DNA of 64,000 bases from Terriglobia bacterium (GTDB lineage Bacteria > Acidobacteriota > Terriglobia > 20CM-2-55-15), in the NCBI GenBank assembly GCA_965198225.1, contig CBDAOY010000004.1:320001-384000 (forward strand), given 5' to 3'. Below, one piece after another: positions 60,891 to 64,000 of the stretch. A program made the translations under genes and the position numbers. The first letter of the stretch is position 1. The number at the start of each line of letters is the position of its first letter. The notes beneath the pieces are model-generated. The model was not told where the DNA came from, did not search any database, and saw only the letters and a list, made by a program, of their open reading frames with translations.

Positions 60891-60939
60891 TATTTTGGTT
60901 ACTGATATTTCCGTCACAGATATTACCGTAACAGTAATA
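60891..60939. promoter_or_regulatory. Three tandem 15-bp imperfect palindromes, putative PadR operator
   Basis: tattttggttactga / tatttccgtcacaga / tattaccgtaacagt. The last unit gives TATTAC-N7-GTAATA. Confidence 0.55.
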
Positions 60940-60952
60940 AATGACAATACGA

Positions 60953-60987
60953 AGAAAATAAGGGTCAGAGCCCCCATTTCCCTGTTT
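60953..60987. repeat. Left copy of a ~35-bp inverted repeat flanking the M20 peptidase gene
   Basis: AGAAAATAAGGGTCAGAGCCCCCATTTCCCTGTTT. Its reverse complement matches 62671-62705. Confidence 0.7.
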
Positions 60988-61088
60988 TGTTCATCAACTA
61001 TCGCAGTTTCATGAGAAGAAAAACGGCAAGCGTTGTGCCGATTTCCCCTCCGCGTTACGGTTATCGCTGTGGTTAAATCTAACGACTT

Positions 61089-62612
61089 ATGAGACACACT
61101 TTTCTTGCCTTGTGGCTCCTGCTCCCGAATTTCCTGTCGGCCCAGGACGCCGCGGTGGAGGCCGCACGCGACTACCGCCATGCGAACGGCGCCAAGATAC
61201 TGGCGGATTTTGCCGAACTGCTTTCGATCCCCAACGTGGCCAGCGATGCGGACGGCATCGGGAGAAACGCCGAGTACGTCCGCGACCAGTTTCTCGAGCG
61301 CGGCGTCGAAATGGAGCTGCTGACCCTGCCCGGAGCACCACCCATCATTTTCGGTGAGATCACGAGACCGAACGCCACACGGACCCTCGCCGTCTATGTG
61401 CACTATGACGGTCAGCCGGCCGACCCGTCGCAGTGGACGCACGCCCCGTGGGAGCCGACTCTGTACACCGCGGCCATCGAGTCGGGAGGGGTGGCCCGGG
61501 CCTTGCCGGCCTCCGGAGAGGAAATCGATCCGGAGTGGCGTCTTTACGCGCGATCGGCCGGAGACGACAAAGCTCCGATCGCGGCGATGCTGGCCGTCCT
61601 GGATGCTTTTGCCGAAAACGACATCGCGATTACCTCGAACATCAAGTTTTTCTTTGAGGGCGAAGAGGAGGCCGGGTCGGCCCGCCTGCCCGAGTACCTG
61701 GAAACGTATCGCGACCGCCTGAACGATATCGACGTGTGGCTTTTCTGCGACGGCCCCGTGCACCAGAGCCGCGCGCCTCAGCTTGTATTCGGCGCCCGCG
61801 GTGTAACCGGAATGGAAATCACGATCTATGGCGCCAACCGATCGCTCCACAGCGGTCACTACGGTAACTGGGCCCCGGTCCCTGGAGCGATGCTTGCCAA
61901 CCTGCTGGCGAGCATGAAGGACGACACCGGCAGGGTTCTGGTCGAGGGTTTCTATGACAGTGTCGTACCGATTGGCGACGAGGAACGCGCGGCGCTTGAA
62001 AACCTGCCCGACATCGATCCGGAACTCCGTGAGTCATTCGGGTTGGTCGAGACCGAAGCCGATAACGCGCCTCTCGCTGAACGGTTGCTCTTGCCGGCCC
62101 TCACGGTCCGTGGACTCTCGAGCGGCAACGTGGGAGCCCTGGCCCGTAACATCATCCCTTCTTCGGCCACGGCGACGTTGGGTATTCGTCTCGTGAAGGG
62201 TAATGACCCGGAACGGATGAAGGATCTTGTCGAGAACCACATCCGCGCCCAGGGCTACCACATCGTGAGCGAAGACCCCGATGCGGAGACGCGTCTCGCC
62301 TACCCGCGGATCGCGAAAGTCACGCGGGGAGGCGGGTACCCGGCCGCCCGAACCCCGATGGATCTACCCATCTCCAAAGCCTTGTTTGAGGCCGTGCAGC
62401 GCGCGGCCGGCGATGCGGCTTTGAAGGTGCCTGCCCTGGGCGGGTCCCTACCCCTGTACCTGTTTTCGGATCCGGCTCACATGAACCAACCGGCAGTCAT
62501 CGTGCCGGTCGCGAATCACGACAACAACCAGCACGCGGCGGACGAGAACCTGAGAATCGCCAACCTCTGGTACGCCATCGACCTCTATGCGGCTCTGCTG
62601 ACGATGCCTTGA
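61089..62612 (+). CDS. Exported M20/M25/M40 metallopeptidase
   Basis: YVHYDGQP, RSAGDDK, EGEEEAGS, LHSGHYGN and DNNQH. Confidence 0.9.
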   Translation: MRHTFLALWLLLPNFLSAQDAAVEAARDYRHANGAKILADFAELLSIPNVASDADGIGRNAEYVRDQFLERGVEMELLTLPGAPPIIFGEITRPNATRTLAVYVHYDGQPADPSQWTHAPWEPTLYTAAIESGGVARALPASGEEIDPEWRLYARSAGDDKAPIAAMLAVLDAFAENDIAITSNIKFFFEGEEEAGSARLPEYLETYRDRLNDIDVWLFCDGPVHQSRAPQLVFGARGVTGMEITIYGANRSLHSGHYGNWAPVPGAMLANLLASMKDDTGRVLVEGFYDSVVPIGDEERAALENLPDIDPELRESFGLVETEADNAPLAERLLLPALTVRGLSSGNVGALARNIIPSSATATLGIRLVKGNDPERMKDLVENHIRAQGYHIVSEDPDAETRLAYPRIAKVTRGGGYPAARTPMDLPISKALFEAVQRAAGDAALKVPALGGSLPLYLFSDPAHMNQPAVIVPVANHDNNQHAADENLRIANLWYAIDLYAALLTMP

Positions 62613-62670
62613 TGGGCAAACCCAGGTGGTCACAGTGGCAATCCTCTCGGCCTGGATTCTGTGTATTGTG

Positions 62671-62705
62671 AAATAGGGAAATGGGGGCTCTGCCCCCTCT
62701 TTTTT
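62671..62705. repeat. Right copy of the inverted repeat flanking the M20 gene (may also act as terminator)
   Basis: AAATAGGGAAATGGGGGCTCTGCCCCCTCTTTTT. Confidence 0.7.
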
Positions 62706-62781
62706 CATTCATTCAGTGGTTGGGAAATGTGTGGGAGAGGGTGTGCGGGCGACTATCCATGGTCGCCCGACAGAGAGTATC

Positions 62782-64000
62782 TTAATTCAACTCCGAAATC
62801 GCCCGGGCTCTCCGAACCAGCTCGATGAACTCGGCCCGGTAACCTTCCGCATCCACGCCCCTGCTGGCCCTGGCAATCCGGATGACGTCATCGAAGGTCA
62901 CGCTGCCCTTGTGGGGCGAGTCCCTCAGAAGCATCCCGAAGCCGGCCACCGCAGTCGCGAAACGGTAGTCGTCGCTCGCGTCCGTCAGTCGGGTTTGACG
63001 ATCCACCACCGCCACATCCATCAGCTTGCTCACATCGCCGTCCGGCTCCTTGTAGCGGATCTTCATCGTCAGCAATTCGCCGGTTCCGGCGCGCTCGCTC
63101 GTCGATGTCGGAGTCTGGTACTTGAGCGGATCCACTCCGGGCAGGTTGATGGCGACGCCGGCCGGCACGATTTCGAACAGCGCTGTCACGGTGTGGCCCG
63201 AGCCGATCTCGCCGGCGTCTTTCGTGTCGTCGTTGAAGTCCTGGTGTTCGAGGACCCGGTTTTCATAGCCGATCAACCGGTAAGCATTCACCTCGTTGGG
63301 GTTGAATTCGATCTGGATCTTCACGTCTTTGGCGATCGTGATCAACGTGCTGCCCATCTCCTGGACAAGGACCTTCCGCGCTTCCTTGATCGTGTCGATG
63401 TAGGCGTAGTTGCCGTTCCCCTGGTCGGCGAGGGACTCCAGACCGGCATCGTTGTAGTTGCCGGTACCGAAGCCCAGGACGCTCAGGAAGACTCCGGTCT
63501 TCGCCTTTTCCTCGATCAACCGGGTCAGCGCGCCGTTGTTCGTCACGCCGACGTTGAAGTCGCCGTCGGTCGCCAGGATCACCCGGTTCGTGCCGCCCTC
63601 CACGAAGTTCTGAACGGCCGTTTTGTAGGCGAGGTCGATACCCGCCCCGCCGTTGGTGGAACCGCCTGCGGAGAGGCGATCGAGTGCCCGGATCACGGCT
63701 TCCTTCTTGTCTCCGGTCGTCGAGGGCAGAACCATACCCGACGCACCGGCATAAACGACGATCGCCACGCGGTCGTTCTCGGTAAGCTGTTCGACGAGCA
63801 GCTTCATGCCGTCCTTGAGCAGCTCGAGCTTGTTCCGGTCCCGCATCGAGCCGGACACATCAACGAGAAAGACGAGGTTGCTTGCCGCTCGCTCGTCGCG
63901 GGGAATCTCGCGGCCCTTGATCCCGAACCGCACCAGCCGGTGACTCGGGTTCCAGGGCGCTCGGGCCACCTCGGAGTGCACACGTAGCGGGTGTTCGCCG
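62782..64000 (-). CDS. YfbK-like VWA domain protein with DUF3520 (5' end outside window)
   Basis: MIDAS motif DVSGSM, GGSTNG, LATDGDFNVG, YRLIGYENR and DAGEIG. Confidence 0.9.
   Translation of the reverse strand, partial: GEHPLRVHSEVARAPWNPSHRLVRFGIKGREIPRDERAASNLVFLVDVSGSMRDRNKLELLKDGMKLLVEQLTENDRVAIVVYAGASGMVLPSTTGDKKEAVIRALDRLSAGGSTNGGAGIDLAYKTAVQNFVEGGTNRVILATDGDFNVGVTNNGALTRLIEEKAKTGVFLSVLGFGTGNYNDAGLESLADQGNGNYAYIDTIKEARKVLVQEMGSTLITIAKDVKIQIEFNPNEVNAYRLIGYENRVLEHQDFNDDTKDAGEIGSGHTVTALFEIVPAGVAINLPGVDPLKYQTPTSTSERAGTGELLTMKIRYKEPDGDVSKLMDVAVVDRQTRLTDASDDYRFATAVAGFGMLLRDSPHKGSVTFDDVIRIARASRGVDAEGYRAEFIELVRRARAISELN

Noticed and set aside
60846-61000. Peptide repeat ITVTVISVTEISVTKIS in ORF 60846-61859
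   Set aside because: It is a translation of the 15-bp operator-like repeats within a shadow ORF.

Overview
This is a 64-kb GC-rich bacterial window that looks like Acidobacteriota, judged from ADOP-type duplicated permeases with PadR, an Oar-like outer-membrane barrel, a DUF1800/DUF1501 pair and an FHA-GAF-sigma54 activator. I found no rRNA, tRNA or CRISPR array. 1-28.6 kb: transport, hydrolase and peptidase genes, several deletion scars, msrB split by a 46-bp hairpin, and the 3' remnant of a qhp-like (quinohemoprotein amine dehydrogenase) maturation cluster. 28.7-54 kb: an accessory block with an FHA-GAF-sigma54 activator and a candidate sigma54 promoter, a large unknown protein cut by an IS5 (IS903-group) element, a nested IS1111 whose non-coding RNA region matches its own insertion site and donor junction, metalloprotease-like proteins, patatin-DUF3376, lipoproteins, and an exported TPR-CHAT protease in line with a TpsA/TpsB secretion pair. 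54-64 kb: cupin, DUF1501/DUF1800, PadR-ADOP with a triple operator-like repeat, M20 peptidase and a partial VWA protein. At least five families of short intergenic palindromic repeats occur, and two of them bracket whole genes as inverted pairs. Several single-base frameshifts could be long-read errors. All family calls come from motif recognition by eye, with no database searches.
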